A stretch of DNA of 58,920 bases, filler included, from Diploschistes diacapsis (taxonomy: Eukaryota), in the NCBI GenBank assembly GCA_023645945.1. It is 5 parts of 5 records of this genome, joined end to end, with 100 filler letters (N's around TTAATTAATTAA, not from the genome) between each part and the next. Parts side by side here need not be neighbours in the genome. Positions count along the whole stretch, not along the records: positions 47,228 to 58,920 come from JALAIB010000810.1; 4 more parts are not named here. One strand, given 5' to 3'. Below are positions 47,228 through 58,920 of the stretch, in pieces. Both the position numbers and the translations under genes were made by a program. Every line of letters begins with the position of its first letter. Position 1 is the stretch's first letter. The notes under the pieces were generated by a model. It was not told the DNA's origin and did no database searches. It saw only the letters and a program-made list of their open reading frames with translations.

Positions 47228-48684
47228 GAAGGGGCGGCGGGCATGGGTTAGGCGGGTTTTGGGCTGGAGGGTGGTTTTGTTGGAAAGACGGACTCGGTAG
47301 GAGAGGAGGGTTCCTGGTTGCAAGCTGCAGTCGCGGCCGAGGACGGCTTCGTCGGCGATGATGACCGAGTTGATGTTACAGTTGTCGCCAATAACCACGT
47401 CATCCCAGATGTAAGAATCGCGGATGTTCACGTTCTTGCCGATCTGGCAACGGCGGCCGATGACGCTGTTGGTGATCGTGCTGCCGTCGCCGACGCTCGT
47501 GTCCTTGCCGAGGATACTGCGCGCTTTGACAGTGCTACCACGCGCAAGGACCACGCCGGCTTCAAGGTAGATTTTGTTTTTGAGCAGGCGGTACTTGTGG
47601 CCGCGCATTAGGTTGCAGTCTGGAGTGAAGGGATACGTCCAGCGGGAGATTATGTCTTTTGTGACGGCATCGTAAGCGCGTAAGCTTGAGACGCGAGCGG
47701 CATAGCCCTCATCGACAATGTGGGTGTGTATGGTTTTGCCGTTCAGCTCATAGTCTTGAAGCACTCCGCGGAGGAAAGAAGACCGGATCGACTTGTAGTC
47801 GAAGTTGTCGGTCCAAAGGCCCAGGACATCGATGGTGCAGATATCAATGCTGCAGTCTACCAGATCGCCTCTGACGTCGATCTCTGGCTTTGCAAGTAGA
47901 TCCGAGTCCAAGTGAAAGCGTCTGTCGCGACGATCGTTCTTGGAGATTTCTTCGTAGTGCAGACATCGGTCGTGTTGCGGATCAATAAAGAAGAATGGCT
48001 TTCGCCCCCGTGGCTTGCTTCGATGGTCCCTACCAGATTCGCGAAGTACCATGGTCATGATAGCGTTGGGATCCTTTCCCCTCCTGGCCCGATGTTGGGC
48101 AAGCGCCGAATCCAGGTTGATATTGGAGATCAAGTCGCCTATGACGAGTACAAAATCCCCAGTGATTACATCGCGCTTGTCCAGATCCCTCATTGCATCT
48201 CCGACAGACGTCGCTGGGCACCGTAGGATGGTCAATCCGGCAAACGGGGAGGTGGAAGACATCCATGTTGAGTTTCTACATGGATCAGACAAAGATTAAA
48301 GCGGAACGAAGGGACTTTAGCCTACTTGATGTAATCCTCGACTTGTTCCTCGTGAGCTCCGACATAGAGATAGATGTCCCTAATGCCCGCATTGGCTAGA
48401 AACTCAAGGGTGTACTCTATAAGCACAACGTTGGCTACAGGGAGAAGACACTGCTGGTATTAGCAGGTAATCCCCAGCCTGAGGTATTTCTTGTGCTTAC
48501 TCTTGGCTTCTCCTGAGCAAATGGGGAGAACCCTCTATCATATGAGTCCGTGAGCACCTTCGAAAACTTTAGTAAACAAGGCAAGCGAGACCGAGTATAG
48601 GCTCACTACTGCCTGAAGAGTCGCTTCTCGCTGCTCTTCCTGGCCTTTTTGTTTCGATGGCCCTTTGGCTGCCTTGGGCGGCAT
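47228..48684 (-). CDS. GCD6: Translation initiation factor eIF2B epsilon subunit, 3'-truncated at contig end; at least 4 exons
   Basis: LQAV|VLTDSY..F.P...EKPR|CLLPVAN..LIEYTLEFLA, SVGDAMRDLD, DNFDY, YAARV...YDAV.KDII.RWTYP, left-handed beta-helix hexapeptide repeats. Confidence 0.95.
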
Positions 48685-48792
48685 TGTGATGGACAGCTAG
48701 CTCTATGTCTGCACTTTACAACACACTGGTTACAGCTAGTAGCCAATCTTTCACAACATCTCTCGTTTCAAATGGAAGCCTCCATGCCGTAC

Positions 48793-48865
48793 TGAGTCAT
48801 GGCGAAGCGAAAAGTCTTGGCAATACCGACTAAGGGTTTGACTAGTAGCCCAAAATCACGTGATT
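48793..48865. promoter_or_regulatory. ATGACTCA (Gcn4/CpcA-type, 48800-48793) and palindromic AATCACGTGATT E-box (48854-48865) upstream of eIF2B-epsilon
   Basis: Exact motifs 110-180 nt upstream of the ATG. Confidence 0.45.
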
Positions 48866-49640
48866 CTGATCTAGCCCAGCAAATCGGGTATGACGCCGTT
48901 GGCGCAATATGTCGGCATCACGGCCTTGGTTGTCTCGTGGTCTGGACAATTCTAGGGACTGCAAGGGGGCCCATCGAGATCCCTGGTATAGCGCAACGAG
49001 CGCAACGGTCGTTTTGGCAACAGCCTTGAAGTCGACTTCTGTGACACGGCCATGCCTGCATCGCCAACGGTCTAGATCTCTTACCAGCCTCACCAAACAA
49101 CACCTCGTCTTCCTCCTTTTTCCCACCGCTCTTTGCCCAATTCCCTCACTCACCTCCCTTCTTGTCTCGTTTACACATGCACGCCTCTTAGCCTCCTCGA
49201 CTTTCTCGCCAGAGCATGCTCTGGATATGCAGATCTAGGCATTACTACGATGGAGCAATCAACACTGACGATGTTTTCACGATAACGCCAATCTTCTGCA
49301 ATTTGATAGGAGAAACAACGTTTGCTTCCTGCCGAGGCCCTGCAACGTCCACTTCCACAACATTCGTTATAGAACAACCATCCGCCTGGGGTGGTCTATC
49401 AAACCTATATCTGCTGGCTTCGCTAAATATCATGTCGAAGCGCATAGTATCCCATCAGCTTGCTAATTCGCAGTTTCATCCAGCCTCCTGTTCCTATAAC
49501 CTGCGCCCTGGCTTAACCAAAACCATAAGCCGACATATGTACCCGAAATATAGCGAAACACTAAGAAGACGTCTTCTGCCCGTTGAGTTAAGTACGATCC
49601 GGGATGTTTATCCAAGTCATACTGGTATCAACGCGGCAAC

Positions 49641-51805
49641 CTATATTCGTCTCATCTGATTTATGGCGGTGTTGGTCGTTGCGTAAATACGCGCTCGCTT
49701 GGGATCGCTTCCCATTTCATCCGCGGTTATCTCAGACACTTGACGCCGGTGACCAGCACCTCGTGGCCCTGCCGAGATTGGTGATGGCTGCTGGTATTGC
49801 ATGCTGCCTTGCTCCATGGCATACTGAGTGTTGGCGGGTGGAATATATGGGTTGGACCCTGCCGGAGATATCCCCGGAAACTGGCTTGGCGAGTTCCAGT
49901 TCGACAGTGTCGCAGACGATTGACCGGGAGAAGCCTCGTCCTTGAGGGATGTCGTTGCATTCAATGACGATGCAGTGTTTGGCAAGACATCCAGTCCATC
50001 GGGCATCTTCTTCAAATGCCCGAGATGCTTCTCGAGCATGTTCAGCAGCCCTTCCTTGGTGAAGGGCTTGGGCAGGACATCATTCATACCTGTTGGTGTT
50101 AATTGAGATCAAAGGCTAACAATAGCAGGAAACAAACCATGTTGGAAGTACATGGATATATCATCACTCCGGATGTTCGATGTCATTGCGATAATTGGAG
50201 TCTGGTCTACTTGACGGATCAAGTGACTAGCCGATACCCCGTCAAGATTCGGCATGATGATGTCCATTAGGATGAGATCGTATCGAGAACCCTCGTTGAT
50301 CTTGTTTACGGCTTCCAAGCCGTCGAGCTGTTGCGGATCAATATTGCAGGACTATTCAACACAAGGAAACTCACTTACCGCATTGTCTATGTGGCAATGG
50401 AAAGAATACAGAAACTTACTGCCTATGCGACGGCAGGTCTGATCATCTTCTACGAGGAGAATTTGTGGAGGCCTTATCCATCCAGGATCAAGATGGGTGC
50501 TTCTCTTCCTACTGTCTGCGAACGTTGCTCGAGGGTCTGCTGATGTGTCCTTCGACGGCAGCGGATATGGAATGTTGGGAAGATGCTCGCTATACATGGG
50601 GTCTATACCGTTTGTGTGGCCGACAGGATAAACCAAATTGTCGAGGTCATGGAGTTTGGCATACGCCATTGAGGAGCTCGATGCGGCTGAGGTCGGGCCC
50701 CGTGCGCTTCGAGCGCTGTCAGGTGGAGGCGTGGTCAAGGTGAGTGTTCTGTTGTGCATCTCATTCATGTGTTCCAAGTTCTTATAGTTGAGTTGTATGT
50801 CTGCGTTGAATTCGCTCAAGAGTTTCGAAGCATTTGCAAGAGGGGACGCTGGGAGATCATCTAAAGGGGCAATGTCTGGTGCCGAGTTGACGGCACTATT
50901 TTCTCCTGCCTGGGCCGCGAATGGTCCCCCAGTCTTGCTATCCCTCCGGTGCTTCGCGTCCACTGAGTGTAAAAAATTCATGACGTTTTGCATAACATGT
51001 TCATGATTCACCACCGTTTTTTGTACTCCAATGAGCTCTTGCAGTAGCATCGAATGGTGCATGCTCAATTCATTATATCTTTCTTCCAGGTGACGCAGCT
51101 GTTGCTGGGTCGCAACAAGCTGGGTATTTACCAAATCCATTTGCTGTGCGGGAACGTTCTCGTCGAGGATCGCTGTTGGTTTTCGTGGAGCTGGAGCTTT
51201 TCGCCGAATGTTGTCAAGGGCATCTTTGTTGTTCGCCCTGAAATCTGGATGCTTGAATTCCCAGGCCTGTTGAATGTGGTTAGGCAGTATTCGTTGGCTA
51301 ACGCAAAATGGGTGATCTTACTCCCAGACCATATGGTGACACTCCTCCTTCTTCGTTGTTATGCCGAACTTTATGGAAATCGTACTTGTTGAGCTGTCGA
51401 ACAAAGCTCGCAAAGTTGCTATGCTTGAAATGCTTCGGAAGGATGGATTTTGTGAATTTCTCGTTCTAGAACTGGTCAAAATTGCGCGCAAGAAGTACGG
51501 TCAAGCGGTATCGCTCACCTCCAACACCACGAAGCTATCGAGCTCATCGCCCCATCTCACGACAGACGCATATGATGGATCTTCCAACATCCTATTTTAT
51601 CCTGTCAACATTGCACTTTCTCTAACGGGACGCGTCCCGCTCTGCCGACCGCTGGTGATTGCACATACTTGTATAATTTCCGCACCTAGAGAACAACGAT
51701 TATGTTAGTTCGGGGGAAATGATGCGTTATTGCTGCATTGCGACGTACAAAATCACTCGAATTACTTGCGCTTCCAGCCGCACCATTTTGACTCGTGTTG
51801 TCCAT
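49641..51805 (-). CDS. SKN7: Stress response regulator SrrA/Skn7 (HSF DNA-binding domain, coiled coil, receiver domain); multi-exon including a 17-nt micro-exon at 51669-51685
   Basis: [77 protein letters not shown]. Confidence 0.95.
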
Positions 51806-52309
51806 CTGTAGTCGGCCTTTGCCAAGTGTCGAAGCAGTCACCAAGAACAAGACTCGGTCGAAACGGTGGCAAGATCTCCGGATGGCGAAACCTAGGGCGT
51901 GCTCGAATTCATCTGCCGTACCGCGACAGGCAATGGTTGAGTACTGCTCTGTCGTGCAAAGCGTAAGCAGCTGCCCGGATGGGCTCGCAAGGTCTGTTCA
52001 GTCGGATATCGGTTAGCTCGAATGATGATGCGGGAGGGATGTCGAATAATTTTGATCGCAATTGCTGCAGACGGCACGCGCCGCGAAGCCTCAGAGTTTC
52101 AGGTAAAAAAAAGGCTCAAATGATGAAGATCGCTTATGCTGAGAAGCAGTATTAAAAGGGAGATGATGCGATGGCGTGCGAGAAGGGCAGCAGCCACCGT
52201 TGAAGGATCGCAATTTGCAAGAAGATAGGAACTGGAGAGGAAGTTCAAGATACGGCCCCCGGGGAAGGGGGGGCGGTGAGTGGAATCGAGCGAGCTGAGA
52301 GGTCGATCG

Positions 52310-52368
52310 ATAGTAATAGTAGTAGTAGTAGTAGTGCTAGTAGCGGTGGTGGTGGTGGTGGTGGTGGC
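52310..52368. repeat. (TAG)n/(GGT)n compound microsatellite in the SrrA 5' region
   Basis: Read directly. Confidence 0.85.
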
Positions 52369-53531
52369 GATGAGTAGAGTAGATGGGTGGGACAAGGGAC
52401 GATTCTGAGTGAGTTGACAGAGGACTCGGGCGAGGAATCGAGGACCAACTGCTCTTTTGGAGCGATCGGTGCTAAACCCTCCCCTAATACAACCTCACTA
52501 AGAGCTCACTACTGCGGACAATTCCAACTTAATCGTCGCAAAAGATCCCAGAAGTGCACGGGACAATCTGTTCTCTTCATCAACTATCTATGTTGAACTG
52601 TGCCAGGCGATCCTTCAAGGTTCCCTTTATCAATTTCCCTATACACTGTTATTCTTTGGTGGAGTATCAAGCTATCTAGTAGTTGTCGAATCAAGGCAAG
52701 GGCACTGGAGTGGCGCAACATCCAAGCCAACAACTTTTGCTTTTTCCTTGCTGCGGCGGGCTTATTCTTCGGGATCGCCAGGAAGGCTTTTACTAGTACT
52801 TCCACACGTTGAGAAAGCTGGCACGAACTACAGTGTATAACGCTTCTCAAACCAACTTCGAGAAGCTCGAATGATCTCCATCATGGTCTGCAATGGCTCT
52901 TCAGCTATATCTTAATGGTGAAGGTGATATTGCTTGATCTTACCCTACTATTTTCTATCTCTATATTGCAAAGGATTGTATGCCTCCTATATGTTCTGTA
53001 TTTGTGCCATTTCTCTCCCTTTTTTCAGAGGATATGTTTTGTTGAGTGTCCCCGAGAAGCCCGGGTGTTCAAGATTTATCATCTAACTGAATCATTGTAA
53101 AGATCTACTGAGCAAGAATCAATCTGCACAGTCGGGAAGATTCCAGAGGCCTACCAACCGAACAAGAGCGACAGGCCCCAAACCTGTAGCCTTTAAAACT
53201 CTTGGACATCAGGAGGGCTTCGGATACCTGCAATCCAGAAACGATTGTTGGATTTCTCACCGCTGGGTCAATACCTTCAGCATTCCCATTCACACTCTTT
53301 CGAGCAGTTTCTTAACGATTTACAGTGCTTCACTAAGGTAGGAAGATTCATTCCTGACCGTTCCAAGACCATATAGTATAGCAGCTAGCTATATTGACAT
53401 ATGAATAGTCCCGTCAAGAATGCACGTAAAAACCATCAAGTTCTTTGCAATAGAAATATTGACTTTCGCTTAAATAGCGCTGTGATTGGCTCGGTTCGGA
53501 TGCACACCGGAAGTGTGATCGCGCCTTCTAC

Positions 53532-53537
53532 ACGCGT
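53532..53537. promoter_or_regulatory. MluI cell-cycle box (ACGCGT) ~210 nt upstream of EXO1
   Basis: Exact motif; MCBs are typical of fungal DNA replication/repair promoters. Confidence 0.45.
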
Positions 53538-53742
53538 TCGCTCCCCTGCTTTTGCCCCTCAACCTCGTGTAGGGAATTCCATTTCCCTATAATGTATTGC
53601 ATGCTTTTATGATCGTAGCGGATACTTGCTTGATTGCATGCCCGTCCAAGGGTGCATTGCTCGACTTTTCATGGCTCATAGCTCTAACCGGGACCTCTGG
53701 TAAGACGACAAATCGAGAGGATTCATCACGGCTACAGCAGGC

Positions 53743-56095
53743 ATGGGCATCACAGGTGATGGTGACTGCAATTCCACCCTTGATCTTCGCTGACGACCGA
53801 AGGCTTGCTCCCGTTGTTGAAATCCATACAAAAGCCATGCCACCTCAAGAAGTTCCAGGGCCTCACGCTAGGCGTGGATGCCTACGGATGGCTTCATCGA
53901 GGAACTATAGCGTGCGCCATCGAGCTGGCCTTGGGCAAACCAACAACCAAGTAGCTACCAGTTCCATATGCCCCTTTTTGCTCCTGCTGATCGAAACCAG
54001 GTGGGTTGACTTCACAATGCACCGTGTACGGATGTTGATACACTTTGGCATCACTCCCTATCTTGTATTCGATGGAGATTATCTTCCTAGCAAAGCGGCC
54101 ACAGAAGACGAAAGGCAAAAGAGAAGGACGGAAAGTAGAAAACTTGGATTGGAGCTACATCGGCTAGGGAAAACGTCCCAGGCGCATCTTGAGTTGCAGA
54201 AAGCGATCGATGTGACACCCGAAATGGCGAGGCAGCTGATTGAGGAGTTGAAACGACATCACATCAAATACGTCGTTGCTCCTTACGAAGCCGATGCCCA
54301 ACTGGCATATCTCGAACGCAAAGGGATCATTCATGGGGTTCTGTCGGAGGACTCTGACTTACTTGTTTTCGGCGTTAAGCGACTTCTCACCAAGCTGGAT
54401 CAGTACGGCGAATGCGTGGAAATCAGTCGTAAAGATTTCACAGCGTGTAAAGATATCAGCTTGGTCGGTTGGACCGATGCTGAATTCAGGATGATGGCAA
54501 TCCTGAGTGGCTGTGACTACTTGCCGAATATCAACAAAATGGGACTAAAAACTGCATACCGACTTATACGGAAACACAAGACAGTCGAGAAGATACTTCA
54601 GATGCTGTCGTTTGATGGAACCTATAGAATCCCACCGGGATACCTGGAAAATTTTCGGCGGGCCGAACTGACTTTTCTTCACCAACGAGTGTACTGTCCT
54701 ACTAGACGGCAGGTTGTTTATCTTACTCCCCTGGATGGGCCTAGGCCAGATGACTTTGACTTTGTCGGTAAAGACATTGAGGCAACTATTGCTGTGAGGG
54801 TAGCTGTTGGCGATCTCAATCCCATAACAAAAGAACAAATCATCTACTATCCAACGCTTTGTCCTGCTGCCTCTCCTTCCCCTTGGGCGCTCACTAAGCA
54901 GAAAAACACCATCACACCGTCAGATCTGAAACCAAGGAAGCCTATAGGTGATTTTTTCAAACCCAAACGTGTGCCACTGGCGGAGCTAGACCCAAATAGT
55001 TTTACGCCTTCACCGAGCCAACAAAGGGTGCTACATCAACAAACCGGCTCAGTTGTCTCGACACCAGTCGTAGAAACACCTGCCTCGTTGTCGTTTTCCG
55101 CTAGAAACAATACAGACCATGTCAGCACTGGATCAGCCAATATTACCTCTGTCCGTTCCTTCTCAGCTCAACACCCACCAAAAAGACAGAGACTATGTGC
55201 AGAAGAGGAGAGTGACGGAAGCAACAATCATTCCCCAAATGCCAAGCAAAGTCGATTCTTCGGATCAACGCCTTTGGAGCCAAGTCCCTCTCTAAATCCC
55301 CGGTCAAGGAGAACTAGGACCACTAAGATCAATCTTTGGTCTGATGACTCCATTGAGAATGCCATGGCCGAGCTGTCTGAAACTCCCCATAATATTCATG
55401 AGCCTCCTACTAAAGTAGCGGTCTTATATGAATCAAGCAACGAGACAGGGAGCACGGTAACCCAGGAGACACCGAGTTTCCAGTCGGAGACGTCGACAGT
55501 TGCCACTCTTGTCACCGACACCTCCAGTGTATCGAAGTTAGAGACACCACCAAGTTCTATTGCGTGCACAGAGGCAGAAAATGATTGCAGCAGCCAAGTG
55601 GAGCTCTTTAGCCAAAAGTCCAAAAAGAAATTGACTAGCTCCTTCCAGACGCTGGCGAAGAGATACTCACTATCATCTACTCTCGAGCAGCACTGTCCTT
55701 CTAAAGCCCAAAGTTTGCCAAACCTCATTGCGACAAATTCTCTCACAAGACCGGTTCAGCGCACGGTATCCCGAATTCCTTGTCCAAGCACGCCCCACCA
55801 TAACAGCATATCTCACACAATGCCAAACAAGACGGTTTCCTATCCGCAACTTTTTCCTACATCCAAGACAGACTCACCGCTCAATCCAATATCCCACAAC
55901 TCTCAATCATCCCAGGAAGTTGTCCTACAGTCTCCGGATGCTCTTGTTCGACAGTCGCCACTTCCTCAAGGCAGCGAAGACTGCCTCGTCCCCTGCTCAG
56001 AGGTCGAGAGTGAAGGTGAGGACACGGTCGAAGTTGAAGAGGATGATATCGCTTCTAGAAGACTCAACCTAGGTCGGTTCGCGTTCGTGGCTTAA
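53743..56095 (+). CDS. EXO1: Exonuclease 1 (XPG/Rad2 family); 3 exons (introns 53756-53802, 53951-54000)
   Basis: Spliced MGITGLLPLLKSI...GVDAYGWLHRG, VFDG..LPSK, APYEADAQLAYL, SEDSDLL.FG, LSGCDYL. Confidence 0.96.
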
Positions 56096-57321
56096 CAGAG
56101 TGGAGGTTTGGTTTTAGCACACGGGAGAAGCCCTTTAATCTCTCCGAATGAGATTGGCTCAGCTCGCAGTGACCGCGCTATGGCCACAGCAGTGCGATAG
56201 CGACACGCATTTAAGCGATTCGCTATTCTCACGGTTCATGTGACTACGTGCTGCTATAGCCTACGATCGTTCAGATGTGTTTTCAGTGGCTTCCGACGAT
56301 GTATCTGCGTACTCTCCACAGAGTGTGTTGGGAAATTGCTCATGGCTCAGTTTTGCGTTGGTGATTAGCGCGGCGTTGCTCGGTGCAGTCAAGTTGAAGG
56401 CAAATCAATATACGAAGATATGAAGAGGTCGCTCTTGAATAGGCGAACAGAATTACCTAGCAGCGCAATGATTACACTGTGGGCTTCAGTTGAGCATGGG
56501 CCTTTGCTGGTAAAAAACAGGTATCGAAGCTTGCTCTCTTGGTAACCTGCTGTTTCCTTAGCCGCATATTGCTTGAGCTTGTACTTTTATTGGAGTTAGA
56601 GTAGCAAAGTGTTGACAGAATTCCTTCATTCTTATGCAAAGTGCCTGTGCATGTTGCCGATATGTAGGCAAATCTTTACTACATGCACCAAGTTATATGC
56701 AGCCTGTAGGGCCATGTGCACCTGGTCCGGGAACAAGTACGCTAGTCTGTTTGTAGCTGGTCGCTTATCGCTAGCGCGGTTGCTAGGTACTTGCTCGGTT
56801 AACGCCTTAGTAAACAAACGCAGCGTCATACACCAGCCTCATCCAGCCTCTCCCAACCACCTCCACAACCAGGGAAGAACTGATCTTTTCTGGATGGCTG
56901 CATGAACGATTCTGATATCCGAGCAAAGGGGTTTCTAGGTTTCTAGATTTCTAGCGAGAAAGACTTTGCTAAGTTACCTTCATTCTCTCCGAGTTACTTA
57001 CTTTAAGAAACCGAAACTCGTCATCCGGATCGTTCATTGAACACGGCCGGTTACTGACACTGTGAATAGCATCGTCGAGAAATTTCTTCTCATTCACATA
57101 CCATATCCCTCTTCTTCCACATTTCAACCTCATCTACCTACCACCTCTCGTTCGAGCCATCTTACATTCCTTGCCACTCCTTCTGAGCACCCAGCAACGG
57201 CCAAACCAGTACTGGTGCTCAACAACGACAAGCGTCCTCTCGGAGGACGAAGGCACGAAGAGGGTAGCGGAGGAAACAAAGCCAAGAGAATCATAGTAAG
57301 ACAGCTACTTACGCTGTCTAC

Positions 57322-58250
57322 ATGGCGACCCTCAAATTCTCCGTCGGAATGAAACGTGAGTTTCTCCCAGGTGCACCGAATTTCTCGAAGAATCTCTAAC
57401 AACATTCCAGGCTTTTTCCCCTTCATCGGCTACCACCATGTGCTCATGATCCTCCTCGCCTTATCCGTCATCCTGCTATCGCTCCTCTTAGCAGGCTGTT
57501 CCTCTTCCTCGCCCTTGATACCCGACATCTTCCTCATCTCCTTGTACTACCAACCCTACCCGCCAACCTACGACCCCGCGCAAGTGGATCCGGGCGTAAC
57601 GCAGGCAATAGCCAACATCGTCGGCCAGGCACAGCTAGAAGTGCGGGTGGGCTATTTCGGTATCTGCATTAACCCCCAGGGGGGAGCGTTCCTGTGCTCG
57701 AACAATGCATCTGCCCTGGCGGCGCAAGTGACGGTGGACCAAGACCCGCTAAATCTGATCTGGGTGGCCGAGACGTTTCAGGACAATATCGTCTTCCCTT
57801 ACCTGATGTAAGTCCTTTTCCGCTTTGCATTTTCCTGTGTTGGAAAGCATCGACTAACTCTTGTTTTCTAGAATTGTTGCCATCATCTTCGCATTCGTCT
57901 GCTTCATTATCCTAGCGACCTTCCCGGGCTGGCACGAGGAAATCGATGAGCGCGGCTCGGAGCACGACGTCAAACCATTCCCCAGCCGGCCGGTCTCGCA
58001 AGTCGCTCTGTCGTTGATCTTCGTCGCCTCCGTCTTCGTCCTCGTGTCGGTGCTGTGGCAGCATACGGCCTCCGTGGCAGCCAGCACCATCGCTTCCGAC
58101 CTAGGGAACGGATCGGTAGGGAGCGGAGTGGGCACGGCGGCCATGGTGCTTGGATGGTTTGGATTCGTGCTCTTCATTATCGTGACCATTGGGCTGCTGG
58201 TGATGATCTTGAGTATCAAGCTGCTGGACGAACTCGTGGATGAGGATTGA
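57322..58250 (+). CDS. FIG1: Fig1-family (Sur7/PalI-like) 4-TM membrane fusion / Ca2+ influx protein; 3 exons
   Basis: PFIGYHHVLM, LLLAGCSS, VRVGYFGIC, FLCSNNA, DPLNLIW, LATFPGWHEE, KPFPSR, WQHTASVA; introns at 57356-57410 and ~57808-57871. Confidence 0.85.
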
Positions 58251-58920
58251 TCGTGGAACATGATTGTACGAGTGGACGAGGACGGGTGGGGAACGGTCTC
58301 TGATGGGGGAACGTCAACCTACGAGGATTGAAATGCATTGGGCAACGTTCTTGCGGCGGACTTTTACCTCTTTGGTCGAAATATTGCATGCATGGCGAGC
58401 GACGGCTTTATGGGATCGATCGAGGAGATACTCCGGGGTCCAGGGACTACCACACTCGAATGGCGTTTTGCTTGCCGCCGATGATGATGTGCTGTTGGAA
58501 AGATAGACAGTCGGTGAGGAGATACCAAGCTATGGCTGCTTGCCTTGTTGTAAATAGATGCATGCCCCTTTGTTGTGGCGAACGAATAAGCGCACCCCCA
58601 CCCCCCGGGTCCGTGGGTTGCAAGAGAGATGTGAAGATGCTAAGAATGAAAATCAACATCTTGATCGACGAAAACTATGGTGTTTTTGCAATGGAAGTGA
58701 TGTGATGATGCCTGCTACCTGCGTACATCTGATATCTGGGCGTGCTCCGTAGAACGACATTATTATCAGCCTATTCCAGGGACCCGTCCCCGCAAGCATA
58801 AACGACCGTACCAGCACCCCGGCTTATCAAGCATACAGATCAGCACCGCCAGAAACTGAAACATCCGATCAACAACCCCAACGAATCAATAGTGCAAATC
58901 ATCCCCACCTCCATCATACC

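Noticed and set aside
53597..54000. ORF-track 832-aa Exo1 with a novel N-terminal extension
   Set aside because: The ORF reads through two introns and exon 2 in the wrong frame; the spliced start at 53743 gives the canonical MGITGLLP
58702..58732. TGATGA...CTGA as a C/D-box snoRNA (also ~7174-7206)
   Set aside because: Boxes only ~30 nt apart, with no terminal stem or recognisable guide
1..58920. tRNA, rRNA, TPP riboswitch, TGA-CTA read-through peroxisomal extensions
   Set aside because: None recognised by eye; stop contexts of the genes checked were not TGA-CTA. tRNAscan-SE/Infernal would be needed to exclude ncRNAs.

Overview
This is eukaryotic, intron-containing DNA from a filamentous ascomycete (Pezizomycotina-type genes, CTAAC branch points, RIP-like decay). 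It is not one locus. It is five contigs (11,715 / 11,712 / 11,704 / 11,696 / 11,693 bp, length-sorted) joined by identical 100-nt N44-TTAATTAATTAA-N44 spacers, so adjacency across spacers means nothing. Contig 1: 5' end of a possible methyltransferase, ornithine decarboxylase, a conserved hypothetical, a small secreted Bys1-like protein, a 100-aa hydrophilic protein, an ArfGAP/UBA protein and the start of a nitronate monooxygenase. Contig 2: a Cys-rich/Ser-Thr single-pass membrane protein, a 4CL-like acyl-CoA ligase, a GH76 Dfg5/Dcw1 mannanase and a 210-bp Fot1-type MITE. Contig 3: a RIP-decayed Fot1/pogo transposon end, decayed MFS and TcuA-like flavoprotein genes, three copies of a ~203-bp palindromic element and a conserved hypothetical. 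Contig 4: Rpf1, glycyl-tRNA synthetase, a SAM methyltransferase and a Sec12-like protein. Contig 5: eIF2B-epsilon (truncated), SrrA/Skn7, Exo1 and a Fig1-like protein. Strongest signals missed by the ORF track: (1) a 77-codon non-AUG (AUC, strong context) upstream ORF ending Pro-Pro-stop in the AUG-free ODC leader; (2) ~290 aa of LEA-like tandem repeats in the post-TM (luminal) part of Sec12; (3) three distinct small inverted-repeat element families; (4) a co-decayed transporter/flavoprotein pair. All family assignments come from recalled motifs; no searches were run.
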